DNA from: Guillardia theta CCMP2712
Lineage: Eukaryota; Protista; Cryptophyta
DNA: 59,760 nucleotides
Assembly (NCBI RefSeq): GCF_000315625.1
Contig: NW_005434658.1
Location: forward strand, 215,482 to 275,241
Direction: 5' to 3'
This document shows positions 1-15,971 of this stretch, piece by piece. The translations under genes and the position numbers were made by a program. The notes beneath the pieces are model-generated. The model was not told the origin of the DNA. It saw nothing but the letters and a program-made list of their open reading frames with translations, and did not search any database. The first letter of the stretch is position 1. Each line of letters opens with the position of its first letter.

Positions 1-3870
<3,870 letters not shown>

Positions 3871-3948
3871 GGATCCTTCTGGTCGAGCAGGGCCAACATT
3901 CGAACTTTTCAAGTTTTCAAGTTTCGAAGTTTCAAATCCTGTGCCGCA

Positions 3949-5193
3949 ATGGCGGGAGGAGTGGAGGCGGTGGCGGCGCGGGTTGTCGGGTATGGCCTGA
4001 AGAGCGCGAGAGACGAGGGGCTTGACCAAGACGCAGAACAAGTGAGGGAAGTCTTCAGGATCGCTGTCCGGAGGCTGGATGATTACACCTCCTCCTCCCT
4101 CCATGCTACCATCCTCGGACGATTCCGAGCGTGCCTTCTTGGATTCGTCTTGGGCGATGCGATAGCGGTAGCCAAGGAGGGCAGAGACATCAAGGATCTG
4201 AAGAGTTTGGAAGGCTCTCTTGGAATGGGGGGGGATACGAGTCACAAAGTGGTTGCCAGTAAGGCTGCTGTGGTGTCCGGAATGTTCGAACTCCCTCTGG
4301 GTTCTTGGAGCGAGCGAACGGCCACGATGCTGTGTGTTGCGGAGAGTATATGCCATCTCAAAACTCATGACAGCAACGACATCATGATGAGACTCTTGCG
4401 GCTCTATCGCGTCGGGGTCGGGTCATGCCAGCCTGGTAGGTGCATGCAATTCGACAAGTTCATGGTGAACAGCTTAGAGTCTTTCGAGCGACAACAAGGG
4501 CAGAAGCAAGCTAGGATGAATGCTGCAAACAACAGCAGCGCAGCATTGTCTCGAGTGCTTCCCATCGCCATGTTCCTGTACTCACATCCAGCTGTAGCTA
4601 TACAGACCGCCTCCGTCGACACGTCCTCTACACACGAATCTCTCAGTTGTCGCGATGCATCGCGTTATCTTGCTGCCTTGCTCGTGGGAATTTTCTCGTT
4701 CCCTCTGGACTACAAGCTTGAAGAAATCAAGGAAACAGTATTCTCGAAGCGCTTCTGCCCTGCCGGCCATTCGTGGTCATCGAAACCTCTCTCGAGCGAA
4801 GTCCGAGACCTTGCAGATGGTCGTTTTGATGTGGAGAAATGCCCTGCGAACTTGAAAGATGCCGCACCAGACGTCTTGTGTCAAGCTATGTGGGCCCTCA
4901 AACACTCGCAAGATTTTGTGTCCGGGATCGATCTGTTGCTCAAAGAAAAAGCAGGTATTGTGACTCATTTGTTGTGCTTGTTCGTAATCGCTTGTGCTCC
5001 TACAGATCGGGCAGTACTTTCAACCTACGGCTGTTTAGCAGGAAGTCTTTATGGTGAAGGACAGCTGCCTGAAACCTGGATTTCTTTGCTGCACAAGGGT
5101 GAGAGCATTGGATCTCTCGCTGAGAAGATCCATGAAATCGCCGAGAACGTACAGGTCGAAGTGCAAGGAAGAACAGCAGGATCGAATGAGTGA
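3949..5193 (+). CDS. ADP-ribosylglycohydrolase (ARH/DraG) family protein, probably catalytically degenerate
   Basis: ATG at 3949. RFRACLLGFVLGDAIA, SRVLPIA, THES...ASRYLAALL and YGCLAGSLYGEGQLPETW follow the family pattern. Probable in-frame 51-nt intron at 4955-5005. Confidence 0.85.
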   Translation: MAGGVEAVAARVVGYGLKSARDEGLDQDAEQVREVFRIAVRRLDDYTSSSLHATILGRFRACLLGFVLGDAIAVAKEGRDIKDLKSLEGSLGMGGDTSHKVVASKAAVVSGMFELPLGSWSERTATMLCVAESICHLKTHDSNDIMMRLLRLYRVGVGSCQPGRCMQFDKFMVNSLESFERQQGQKQARMNAANNSSAALSRVLPIAMFLYSHPAVAIQTASVDTSSTHESLSCRDASRYLAALLVGIFSFPLDYKLEEIKETVFSKRFCPAGHSWSSKPLSSEVRDLADGRFDVEKCPANLKDAAPDVLCQAMWALKHSQDFVSGIDLLLKEKAGIVTHLLCLFVIACAPTDRAVLSTYGCLAGSLYGEGQLPETWISLLHKGESIGSLAEKIHEIAENVQVEVQGRTAGSNE

Positions 5194-5307
5194 AGACCTT
5201 GAGATGCCTTGTGATATGGAATATGCCAGTGATTTTGTTGTAATATCTAGATAATAGTTTTGACACACCATGCTCGCCGATGCTTCTTTGGCCGAGCATT
5301 GATCGAT

Positions 5308-6646
5308 TTAGTCCGTTGATACCGTGACTCTCTCGCCAGGCTTGAAGGGTGGCAAACCCTTGTAAGGGCAGGAAGCACACCGGAATGCATCGCCAAGATA
5401 GCACTGCGCACAACAGTTCTCAAAGTCACAACCCAGTCGCTTACGCATATGACAGCGCAGAACATGATAGTGGAATGGAAACGCACATTCCCACAGGCGG
5501 ACGTCGGGGCTGCAGCCGCTGCCTTGCCTCCATTCTCTTCCATCTCAGCTCGGCCACAAGTACAGTTCTTGCAAGCCTTTCCTGCTCTTCAAGTTACAAC
5601 AGCACAGGACCCCGCAACAGTGAACTCACTTCCTCCGGAAAGCTCACAGTCACTGGCAGGTTTGGGGGCTGCCTTGAGGTCCTGGATTGCAGTCTTACTC
5701 TCCAAACTTTGGAAACATGGTGTTGTAGGGTACCTTCTCACTCAAGAGAGAGTCTTCGTCCATGATCTCATCGTCCTCATCCGCTGACACTTTCCAAACC
5801 TGGGCAACGCAACCTTGCATGTTAACCTCCATGCATGCCGGAGTGAATCAAGGAAGACAGAGGTTATGCCTTTTTCGTCTCTTGCGCCTCCTGCTTCGAG
5901 CGCTTTATGCTCAAAGGCACCGCAGAGCCTACTTCCCATGGTGGCTTAATCGCTGACGTCTCCACCATAACACCGTCGCCGTCGTTTTCCGTGGTGTCCA
6001 CAAAACCAGCAAAGATCTACAAGAAGAATTCCGTCAGCATGTGCAGAGACATGTGGTCATGAAACACATACCAGATTGCTCGGCCAAGCGTTCTTGGAAT
6101 CATCAGCCTTGCGATGCCGAATACACACGCTTCCTCCCTTCTTGAGCACTCGGAACAATTCTCCCATAACGCTTGAGTGGAGAGCAAAGTTCAAATCAGG
6201 CAATTCCACATAGACTCGATCTGCCCATTCACTCGAAGCTTGAATCGTGACTGCAAAGGAAAAGAATCTCTTTTAGAAATGAACAATCATAGGAACGAAG
6301 ATGGCGCAAACAACAAATTGATGCAAATGTGAGTTGTTCATGATGAAAATGCATGATGTGGGTGATTTACACGATATCTTTGCAATATATTCTGTGTCAT
6401 GGTAATATGTTTCAAATGTTGTTACAAATCCCAAGCACAACACGAACGAGGGACACACAAAACTTTCGAAAACAGACAACAAACACGTTCTTCGAGCGCT
6501 TTTTAGCTCGAAGCATTCACAAGATACTCACAATTTTGCGTGAGAGCCTGAGCAGGTACAAGGACGAGGTCGACACTCGTGCCCAGCATGGCCGAGATGC
6601 GCCCGAAGGCTGCCGGCGGAGCGCACGCGACGAGGGTTGCGAGCAT
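5308..6646 (-). CDS. CIAPIN1: Anamorsin/Dre2 (cytosolic Fe-S cluster assembly), multi-exon; missed by the ORF track
   Basis: Spliced reading gives [48 protein letters not shown]|[26 protein letters not shown], with stop at 5308. Start codon (6646) is less certain. Confidence 0.92.
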
Positions 6647-7334
6647 GGCAGCCCGTGGAAAAGGAGCGGAGGGTTCCTTCAGGGGTAGGGGTACCCATGG
6701 GGGGTCTGAACAGTGTGGGTGCAAGTAAACTACTTCATGGGCACCCACATGAAGGACACAGACCCCGTAAATAGAGGGTATTTGAACGGGTACTAATCAA
6801 TTTCATGGGGTACCTTTGGCATGCTACCTTCGGAGAAGGGGTAGTGATGAGAATCTGAGTTTGTGGGAGGGGGTGGGGTAGTACGTTCGCTGGGCACCAA
6901 ATCACGCAAATTTGGCCAAGTTGTGCAGCAAGCAGAAAGAAGTTGAAGGAAGCTAAGAGGAAGGCAAAGAGATTGTGAAGGAGACAGAGTGAAGATGGAG
7001 TTGAGGACGAAGGATGACATCAAGGACAGGATGACCTACTCAGCAAGACATGACGGTCAAGCCAAAGTCTTGTGACTGATAATACAATGTCACACTAGCA
7101 GACAAGGAGCGTGAAAAGTGATCCACGGTCTCTGTTGTGTGAAAGATTCGCATACTACATGCATGAAGCGAGATTCAAGGTCATCCACACAGATCCGAAC
7201 TTAACGCGGTCTTTCAGCGTTCCAAGTCGTCCTGCACCTTGTCTTGCTCGAAATACTCCTCCAAACCTCGACCACAAACGAGAGTGTCTTTCCAAAAAAT
7301 CTTACATTATTTCAAGATTCCAGGGCAAAAGAAT

Positions 7335-8257
7335 TTAGAATCGGAGCTTGCTGAAGAACCACCTGTTCTTTCCCTGTGTGTATCGCTCCTGGAAAGCCTG
7401 CTTGATAGCCTTTCTGGCCTCCTCCCTCTTGGACGGGTTGGTAACTACTTCTGGGGAAATTCCCATGGGCTTGAAGTCAACATCGACAGAATAACTGATT
7501 TCAGATGTCAGAAGGAGAAAGTGGAGAGAAAGTTTGCATCTAGACAGACCGGGTAGGCATGAGATGGTTGAAGTTGACAAGTTTCAAGAAGGGTTTGACA
7601 CGGGAGCGCTTCTGGACCTTCTTCTCGGACATGGACTTCTTCACCTTCAATGGCGCCCTGTCGATGCCCGCTACAATGGCATGTCCGTATTTTCTGCCGT
7701 CGGTGCCATCGTCGAAGGTCTTAACAATGATTCCCTTCTTTCCAGCCATGCGGCCGTTCAAAACAATGACAACCTTCCCCTGCTTAAGGCTGAAAAAACT
7801 TTCGTCAGCATCCACCAGATGATACCACAGTTTCCACCACATAGTTTAACAGTCATGACCACGTTATGTCATAATACAAAAGAGTTTCGGTGCGAGCAAA
7901 GGGAAGCATAAGGAGTGATTCTTCTCACAACATCGTTCTGCATACGTAAAGCCAGCTCGTCCTGGCCAACAAACTGAAAACAAGAAGCTAAAACATTCCA
8001 TCTCACACCAATATACGACACGGAAACATCGCTTTGGACACCAGGAGTTCTTGAACACCTCAGCTTACTCCAACAGCTCTCCCGACCACAAAACATTCAC
8101 ACCCATCGAGCAACATGCTGAACAACATCCAGCTCTACGAGAACCGGGCATTCAGAATCAAAGCAACACACGTTTCTGTGATCTTGTCCTCTTTCATCTC
8201 CTTCTCTCCCATCGCTTGCGCATGTTCATAGGAGGGGAGCACTTACAACTTCACCAT
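7335..8257 (-). CDS. RPL27: 60S ribosomal protein eL27; three exons (8257-8247, ~7789-7550, ~7499-7335)
   Basis: ATG GTG AAG TT|gtaagt joins to C CTT AAG CAG, giving [22 protein letters not shown]...NHLMPTR|YSVDV...[12 protein letters not shown]. Confidence 0.96.
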
Positions 8258-9065
8258 GGCGGAACACGAGCTCCTGTGCACGAGGGTTTTTTTTTAATCC
8301 ACCCCCGCCTCCTCGTGGCCCCTACCCTCATGTATCGACTACCCCTCAAATGCACAACCTCGTGGGAATACTACCCTACCTAATATTCAAATACGGGTTG
8401 TTTTTCGATGCAATATGGCTAATATGTACCGGTATTCAATTTGCTCTACCCACCCTTATTCTTTGTAACCCCGGAGTGAATTAGCAGCACCCACCCAGGC
8501 CAACATACCTAACAATTTTAGTCATGGAGCTGTGATCAATAGATAATACAGTCCGCCTCAGAATTTGAATAGTGGGCACCTTCTTGATTTCACTTAGTCT
8601 ACTCTTTCCTCTGACTTGAGATAGAAACCATTCCGGGGGCAGCAAATGAGTCTAAAGGTGAAGCAAGGGTATAACGACAAGTGAACAATTAATAAGAAAT
8701 TGTCAAGCACCGGTACATTCTCGTCATAAATATGGACAATTGTATGGTAGGGTAGTCCCTTTTGCCTGAACGATCCGTAGGGGAATGGAGGGACAGTGAG
8801 ACAGGGGGAAGCGACAAACGAAGGCGCGCATTGGAGGAGAGCGAGAAGAGGCGAAGCGTTGAAGAGGACGGGGAGGAGGAGGATAAGAAAAGAGGGGAGG
8901 TGAGGAGAGATATTGTTCCTGCTGAATATCCCCCTCATCAGTAGAGTCGCGCTCTCTGCACAAAACACGTAAATTTTGATCCGACTGCCGCACCTTTCCG
9001 CCAGAAAGCTTGAGTTTCAAGCGTTAAACGCCATCTCAGCCAAAGACTGTCTCCAAGTCTCAGAT

Positions 9066-10407
9066 ATGGGAATACTTGCAACGATCACTGAGACCGTGTA
9101 CTTTATTGCGGAGACATTCAACCCTTTCTGGTTCATTCCAGGATGGTTTCGATCGTGGATCACGTATGCTTTCTCAACGTTGGGGATGCTAGGCTCGTTT
9201 CTTGCTCTGTTTCTCTACCGTAACCAGGTGCACTGACTGTATCCACATGCTGACTGCATGCTTATCTCTTGTGTGCTCAGAACTCTCTATTGTATCATCC
9301 TGAAGTCCCTGGTATTCCCAAAGATCCCAGAGAGAATCCTGAGAGGTATCGGAACCCCGGCGAATGGAATATGCCGTATGAGGACGTCATTGTAGGAGGC
9401 TGATCATCGAATGATATTTGTACTCACCACTTTGTGATACCAGGTTAAGGCTGAAGACCAAACTGAGTTGCATGGTTGGTTGATCAAACAGCCAGATTCT
9501 GCGGCGGCGCCCACCATTGTGTTCTTTCAAGAGAATGCAGGCAAGTTTCCCATCCATGATTGATATCGGAAATCTGACTCCAAATTATTCCTGACAGGCA
9601 ACATGGGTCTGAGATTGCCCAACATGTACGAGCTGTGGAGGCGCCTATCTGTGAACATTTTCATGGTCAGCTACCGTGGGTATGGCCGTTCACAAGGCGT
9701 GCCGACAGAAGAGGGACTGAAGATGGATGCCGATGCGGTTGTCTGACTGCAGCTCCTCGTGTGTTGGTGACTGAGTCGAGTTTATCACTTTCCAGGTGCT
9801 CAAATATGTTTCCACGCTGAAACAAGTGGACCCAAAGAAGATCGTCATCCTGGGGAGGTCGTTGGGGGGAGCTGTTGGAATTCACATCACCAGCATGTAG
9901 CTTTTCATTGCTCCTGCGTTACGAACTTCTTATCGCGCGAATCTTGAGGTATCCGGAGAAGGTGAAGGGCCTTATTGTGGAGAATAGCTTCACGAGTATC
10001 GCAGACATGGTGGACGTTCTGATGCCGGTTGGTTGTTTCACTATGTTTTATTGGAACTCATGGCTGTTTTGCAGTTTCTCGCCATCTTCAAGGGTTTGAT
10101 TCTTCGCATTGGGTGGAAATCGATTGAGAGCATTAAGGATATTACGACTCCTATCTTGTTCATATCAGGAGCAAGAGATGAACTGGTGCCGCCAAGCCAG
10201 ATGCGAAAGTTGTATGATGCTGCGGTGAGTTGTTCTCTCCCGAGTTGGTTCTGGTCGCTGGTTTTGACCCTCCTGGCATTGCAGCAAACAAGCATCCATA
10301 GAACATGGTACATAGTCCCAGATGGAGGCCATAACGATACGTGCATGCGGAATCCTCGAGAGTACTGTGAGAAAGTCAAGGAATGGATGCAAAAAATCGG
10401 TTTATGA
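9066..10407 (+). CDS. ABHD13: Alpha/beta hydrolase of the ABHD13/Bem46 family, multi-exon
   Basis: N-terminal TM segment then QNSLLYHP, LHGWLI, FQENAGNMG, SYRGYGRSQGVPTEEGL, nucleophile GRSLGG, IVENSFTSI, DELVPP and GGHND. Confidence 0.9.
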
Positions 10408-10452
10408 ACCAAAATAGTATTAAACGGCATATTCACATAGTCCTATCTTGCT

Positions 10453-10950
10453 TTATTTGCAGATTAGTTCACAGGCTTTTTCAACTTCAGGCACAACAAT
10501 TTGTGGAAGATTTGGTCTGCAAAAGGTGCAAACCAACATCATTCTTGCTGGCAAGTTGTGAATGATCACCCCCTCTGATCTGTTTCTAGTAACCGCACAA
10601 AAACTGTTGAGTGTTCTTCTGATGACAACAAAACGCTTTGAATGAAGGTCAAATGAATGGAGATACGAGCTTGACTGTGATGAGGATTCGTCAAGACCCA
10701 ACTCAATACAAGAAAATGCTTGCGAGAGCTTATTTACTAGTTGGACGTTGGCTTGCATTTCTTTCTCCAAGTCTGTGTTCGGGCGTGAAAGCATTATCCT
10801 CCCTCCAGTTGTCAGAATTACGAAGTCCTCTATGACTTTCCTTTTGATCAGAGCATAGAAGTTTTCTGTTGCAAGGTCAAGAGATCTTTCAGGCTCTTCG
10901 ACCTCGTCCACCTCCTGGGTTGACTCCGAGGACAGTGCCCGATGAGCCAT
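10453..10950 (-). CDS. Small hypothetical protein, possibly a divergent profilin-like fold
   Basis: Single 165-aa ORF. The pattern FDLHSKRFVVIR...GVIIHNL...MLVCTF...VEKACELI resembles profilin strand/helix order. Confidence 0.55.
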   Translation of the reverse strand: MAHRALSSESTQEVDEVEEPERSLDLATENFYALIKRKVIEDFVILTTGGRIMLSRPNTDLEKEMQANVQLVNKLSQAFSCIELGLDESSSQSSSYLHSFDLHSKRFVVIRRTLNSFCAVTRNRSEGVIIHNLPARMMLVCTFCRPNLPQIVVPEVEKACELICK

Positions 10951-11829
10951 GGAAACGATGTCACCAGCTCTGCGAGCACTCTTGCAACGGAAGGGTTGCT
11001 ATGCTCTCCAAAGAAATTATGATACACGGAAGAACTCTCCTCACAACAAGCTGAGCAACCTCACTTGTGTTCTGCTACTTCAAGGAAATCCTTTAGTTGT
11101 TGTTTCCCCATTCCCGCCAAAACATGCTGTTTGTCCGAGTGACAGTTAGATCGGTTACATTATTTGAGAAGTCGTTACATCCGTTATGGTACTATATAAA
11201 GTTATAAAGTTTACTAGTTGCCATAACCCCCTAGAAAGGGGGGTGGTAATGTGAATTTTAAGGGTCCCCAGGTCTTAGTAAGTGACTAGGAATGTCCTAG
11301 GATCTTATGAGAAGTAGGTCCTTTCCGCCCAAGTTTGATTTTCAAGCAGGCGGGGGCGAATGGCGGGAGGGGACTGACACTGTGAGGACTGAGCGAAGCG
11401 AGAAGGGAGAGAGGGGAAAGGAGAACTGAAGAGGAGGTCCAGGAAGAGAGAAGGAGATTCTCTAAGAGAAGTAAAGCCGAAGAGTGCGAGGGATTCGGAA
11501 CAGAACACTGAGCCTTGAACCTTGATCAGGAAGTTCAAGACTTCAGACTGTGACAGTATTGGGTCGCAAAATAGTTGAGATTCAAAGATCACGCGGCGTG
11601 TGGCCTGTTTTTCTGCTAAAGAATATGCAACTTAAAATCAGATTACATTACAGAACTGAAAGATCAGCCTAGTAAGAGCTGAAAGTAGACGAAGGAAGAA
11701 GGTTGTAAGTGTATCGAATGCAGTGCTGGCGAACCAGGAGCATCGCAAGCGAGACTTTCGATCTGTTTTTATCCATTCCCCTTGCCACTGTTCCATCATC
11801 CTGACGCTTGTTGAAAGTTGACAGCTTGC

Positions 11830-14800
11830 ATGCTGCCTGGCGCATTACCGCCTCTCCCGCGGGCAAATGTTCTGGACATCAAGTACGACCTGGAGAAAAG
11901 GAGAGAGTGGGAGTCGACGAGGACGAGGATCGGCGATGAGCATGCAGGCCTAGCCAAGTCTCCTTTCGTCACGAGTCTTTACATGCAGGCAGATCGCCAT
12001 GACCATGAGGATGTTGTTTCCCAGCAGCCCGTCCATGAGCTTCTGCCGTCGTTTCAAGAAATTAGGTACCTGATCGAACAGCATCGGAAATCTGCTTTCA
12101 ACTCGGAGTCAAACAAGGATGGCAACGTACGCACATCCATTGCACTGCTTACCTGTCTGTGCTCTAAGCTTCCTCTGGCAGACTGTATCAACCCCGCAGA
12201 CTACGACTGGGCTCTTAGTCAAACCGGACGCGACCAATGATGGTGTAGGCCGCGTGACGAGCTACATTAGCGGGAGTCCAGCTGACCTGAGCGGGGAGAT
12301 CAACGTGGGAGATGTGCTTGTAGCTGTGGATGGACTGCCGTTCAGTCACCCCGAGGCTCTTGTCCGGATGAGAGGAGGAAACCTGTTGAGATCCATCGGG
12401 ACTCAAATCCGCCTGACGATCCAGCGGCCGGGCCATGGCGACGCGTTTGATCTGACTCTTGTCAGAGACTCGTTTTCCTCAGTCAAGATCAAGAGAGATA
12501 TCTTTGAAGCGATCTACTCCGCCCTTGAAACGTCAGATGATGCACTTGAAACTGACGGGCAAGCAGCGATGCTTGAAGACTTTGCCAGCACCATACGAGA
12601 GAAACTGATAGACCTTGAGAAATCACACGTGGATTCCTTGCAGGCGCTTCGATCTCAGGTAGAACTTTCATTATTGATGACGTCTTGGCGTGTTTTCCCT
12701 GATCATCTTGTTATGATGAAAGATATTGGGAACTGAATCTTTGATGGATCAAGTGGCCATGGCAGCAGATCGAGCAGTCGAAGAGGGTGAGTGTAGTATC
12801 CACACTCATTCTTGATGAATGCTCATGGGGTTTCCATACAGTTCAACAAGTTGTCGCCGAGCACAAGTTTGCGGGAAGCAACCATGTATTTGAATATTGC
12901 TTGTTGATCAATGTAGAATGTGATTTCTGTTTCAGGCAACAAGTATGCAACATAACGAGTAAGCCTGCAGGAAGTTATTTCGCGTGCAGAACCTCACTTG
13001 TTTTTTCAGCAACACTGCAAGTGATCAGAGCTTACGACTGGTCATTGATAATGTGATGTTTCTATAGTTCTTCAGAGTCACTGACACTTTCATCTCGGCA
13101 GCTTCAAACCAAATGCAAACACCTTGAGGAGAAACTGAGAGAGAAAGAGAGCTTCACTTACGTTCAACGGGACTCAGAAGTTTACGACAAGGAAGTGCTA
13201 GATCTGCAGTCCGACATACATGCACACGAGGTAGTGACGATGAAGACTGAGATCATCAGCCTCCAAACTTCCATAGAAGAAGAGAGAAAGAGACATCTAG
13301 AGGAGATTGCGAGCATGAAGCAGGTCATATGGCTGCATGCGATCCGTCGCTGGTTGAACAACTCTTGCCGATACGTCATGAGGGGGTGGTACTACTCCTG
13401 CCAGCAAGTGAAAGCCACCAGAAGATGCGGTGAAGTGCTCAAAACCAAGTACTGGAGGAGCCTGACGAAGCATGCCCTTTCGTGCTTCTGCAAGTATGTT
13501 GACCGCGAGCACAAGCACCAGCACTTGGGCGTGGCGATCACGTCTCGACGGATTTTTGGGAATGCGAGAAGGTGGATAGACGTATGGAATGAGCTTGCAC
13601 AGGGCAAGAAACTGCAGCGCAGGTTGACTGAGACGATCTCCAGTCGAAGATTGCGATCTTGGTTTGTTTGTCTGAGGAAGAGGGTCCGAGAGTTGAGGTC
13701 CGACGGCCAGCCCAGGCCGCAAGGGACTCAGTCAGATCCAACGGTCAGTGCCCCTGAGCAGAAGCAAACGCATGATGTAGATTGCCAAGTCAAGTGCGAC
13801 TTTATGTCTGTCGAGACCCAGTGCGATCAGGCGCATCCTACTGCATCAGAGGATGTAGGCTGCCAGTGTGAACTGAGCCGCAATCATTTCCATGGGCCCG
13901 ACATTTCTCTGTCAGGAGCAGAGTCACAGAAGAAGCAGGAGGAATCTAGTGCTCGGCTGGAGCTGGACCTCTTGACCGAAGCCTTGTTCAAAGCACAAGA
14001 AACCATCAAGTACAAAGATGAGTTGTTGAGAGACGCATACTCAGCCGACATGGATCTGAAGAATGCTCTGCAAAACATGCACAACCAATTCCAGAAGGCC
14101 AAGCGAGAAGCCGATGATGAGAGGAGAAATGCTACCAGGCTGACGTACGAGGTTGAAAGGTTGGAATCTCGGATATCCTCCCTTCGTGAGGAGAGAAATT
14201 CACTGAGGGAGCAAGTAGAGGACGGAAGGAGTTCAGCGAAGCATGATTCCCAGGATTGGGGGAGGAACTGCGGGAAATGCAGCATGCAGGAATTTGAAAA
14301 TACTATCAGCTCCAGGATAAGATCTCCTCAGCCTTTGACACTGGAACCGCTCTCCTCCAGCACCCTGCTGAGCAGACGGAATGGCGGCGGGTTGATCGAC
14401 GGTCCATCTCAGGGCGAGAGAGGGGAGGATGTGCTGGACAGACAGAGACAAGGAGGCTCGAAGAGGTCGTGGATCCTGTGCCTGAACAAAGCTCTGACTC
14501 GACAGAGTCGTATGATCGGAAAATCGTTTCGACTTTGGCGGGCGGCGGCTAGGGATGCCGTTGTGTCCCGCAGGATGAGAACGAACTTGGTCCGCAGGCA
14601 GTATCTTTCCAGGGTATCCGATTACTTCGATGTAAGTTGTGAGAGCTGGGGGAGAGGAGCTGACTATGATGTGCAAGATGTGGTTTCATACCATCCTGTA
14701 CTTGAGACACATCTGGATTGTGCACTCTGTCATGATACATAGAAATCAAAAGAAAATCAGCAAGAAGGTGCGACGGCAGAAACTTTCACCCCTCTTCCGC

Positions 14801-15839
14801 AGGACTGATGTGTGGAAAGCAGGCGATTGCTGTGTGGCGACATCACTCTCGGAGTGAGAAAGCAATCATAATCAAGCTGGAAACCTTTGAAAGCAGGAAG
14901 CTGCTGTGGAGAAAACGAGCCGCCTTCTCCAGCTTTGGGTTGTTCCTGCTTCGGAGCACGCGCGGCAACACGTCGCAGAGCAACAGACTCCAGGGCCTCG
15001 TCAGGGAAATCTCAACGTCATGGAAGAAGATCACGGTTCTCAAACAACTGGGCCCCAAAGAAGAGAAGCAGGTACTTCGTGCCAGCCTGTACCGCTACTT
15101 GCATTCTGATCCATCCCCTCCCCTTTCCAGGTCGCCAAGTTCGAGATGGCGTTCAAGAGCGCTGAGAACGTCATTCTCGAGCTCTGCTCCAGGTGTCGTT
15201 GCGGCGGCTCAGACGCGCTTGCCTGACAGCTCCTGCTCAGGCTGCAGGTCATGGAGTCAAGAATGAGACAAAAGGCGGAGATGTCGATCTCGCCGACCAA
15301 GACGGAGCCGCTCAACACAACCTTCAGTCCACAGATTGCCCGTCATGCTCCTCCGGCGCCCGGAGATGTCTTGGCCTCCCATGCTCAAGGGCGAGGGAAG
15401 AGGAGGAAGGAATTCCTCCTCAAGGCTGGATTGCCTTCAAGCCGATCGAACAACTTGGGGTTCGAGCCCTCCCATGACGTCATCGTCACTCCCAGGCATG
15501 CTCTTCACCCGCATCAACTGCTTCACTGACGACCCACCGCAGGACCGTCGAGCCCAGCATGAGCTCGGTTATTGCTCTCGTGAGCTCTTGTGACCCTGTG
15601 ACCGTCTTGTCTCGCAGATCCTCAGGCGCGATGTTCCGTCAACCCCCAGCAACTACACCACTGGACCTGGACAGGTGAGAAGGAGGCGAGGTGGCGCCGC
15701 TGCTGCTGCTCAGTCAAGGAACGTGCAGGATGGGAGGAGGAGCAACATTCTGGTCGCCAAGTCGCCAGGGCTGCTGACACCGAGTGGCAAAGGGATCGAG
15801 ATAGACGAGAACAGCGACCCAAACTTCCGCATCTGCTGA
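11830..15839 (+). CDS. Large multi-exon PDZ + coiled-coil protein with Trp-spaced (Sfi1-like) helical repeats
   Basis: RVTSYISGSPADLSGEINVGDVLVAVDG...IRLTIQR is a PDZ signature. A long heptad-rich exon spans 13100-14630 with repeated F/W-x-x-W-R motifs. Exon structure is approximate. Confidence 0.7.
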
Positions 15840-15971
15840 GGAGGAAAACAGAGACTAGAGCTCCTCCTCCTCGAGGCCTCAGTTGACATCATGTCATTTT
15901 TAATCTGGTAATCTTTCATAGAAAAAAAGATCGTGTTGACGAAAGCATCGCTCTCGTGAACGACTGGCCGT

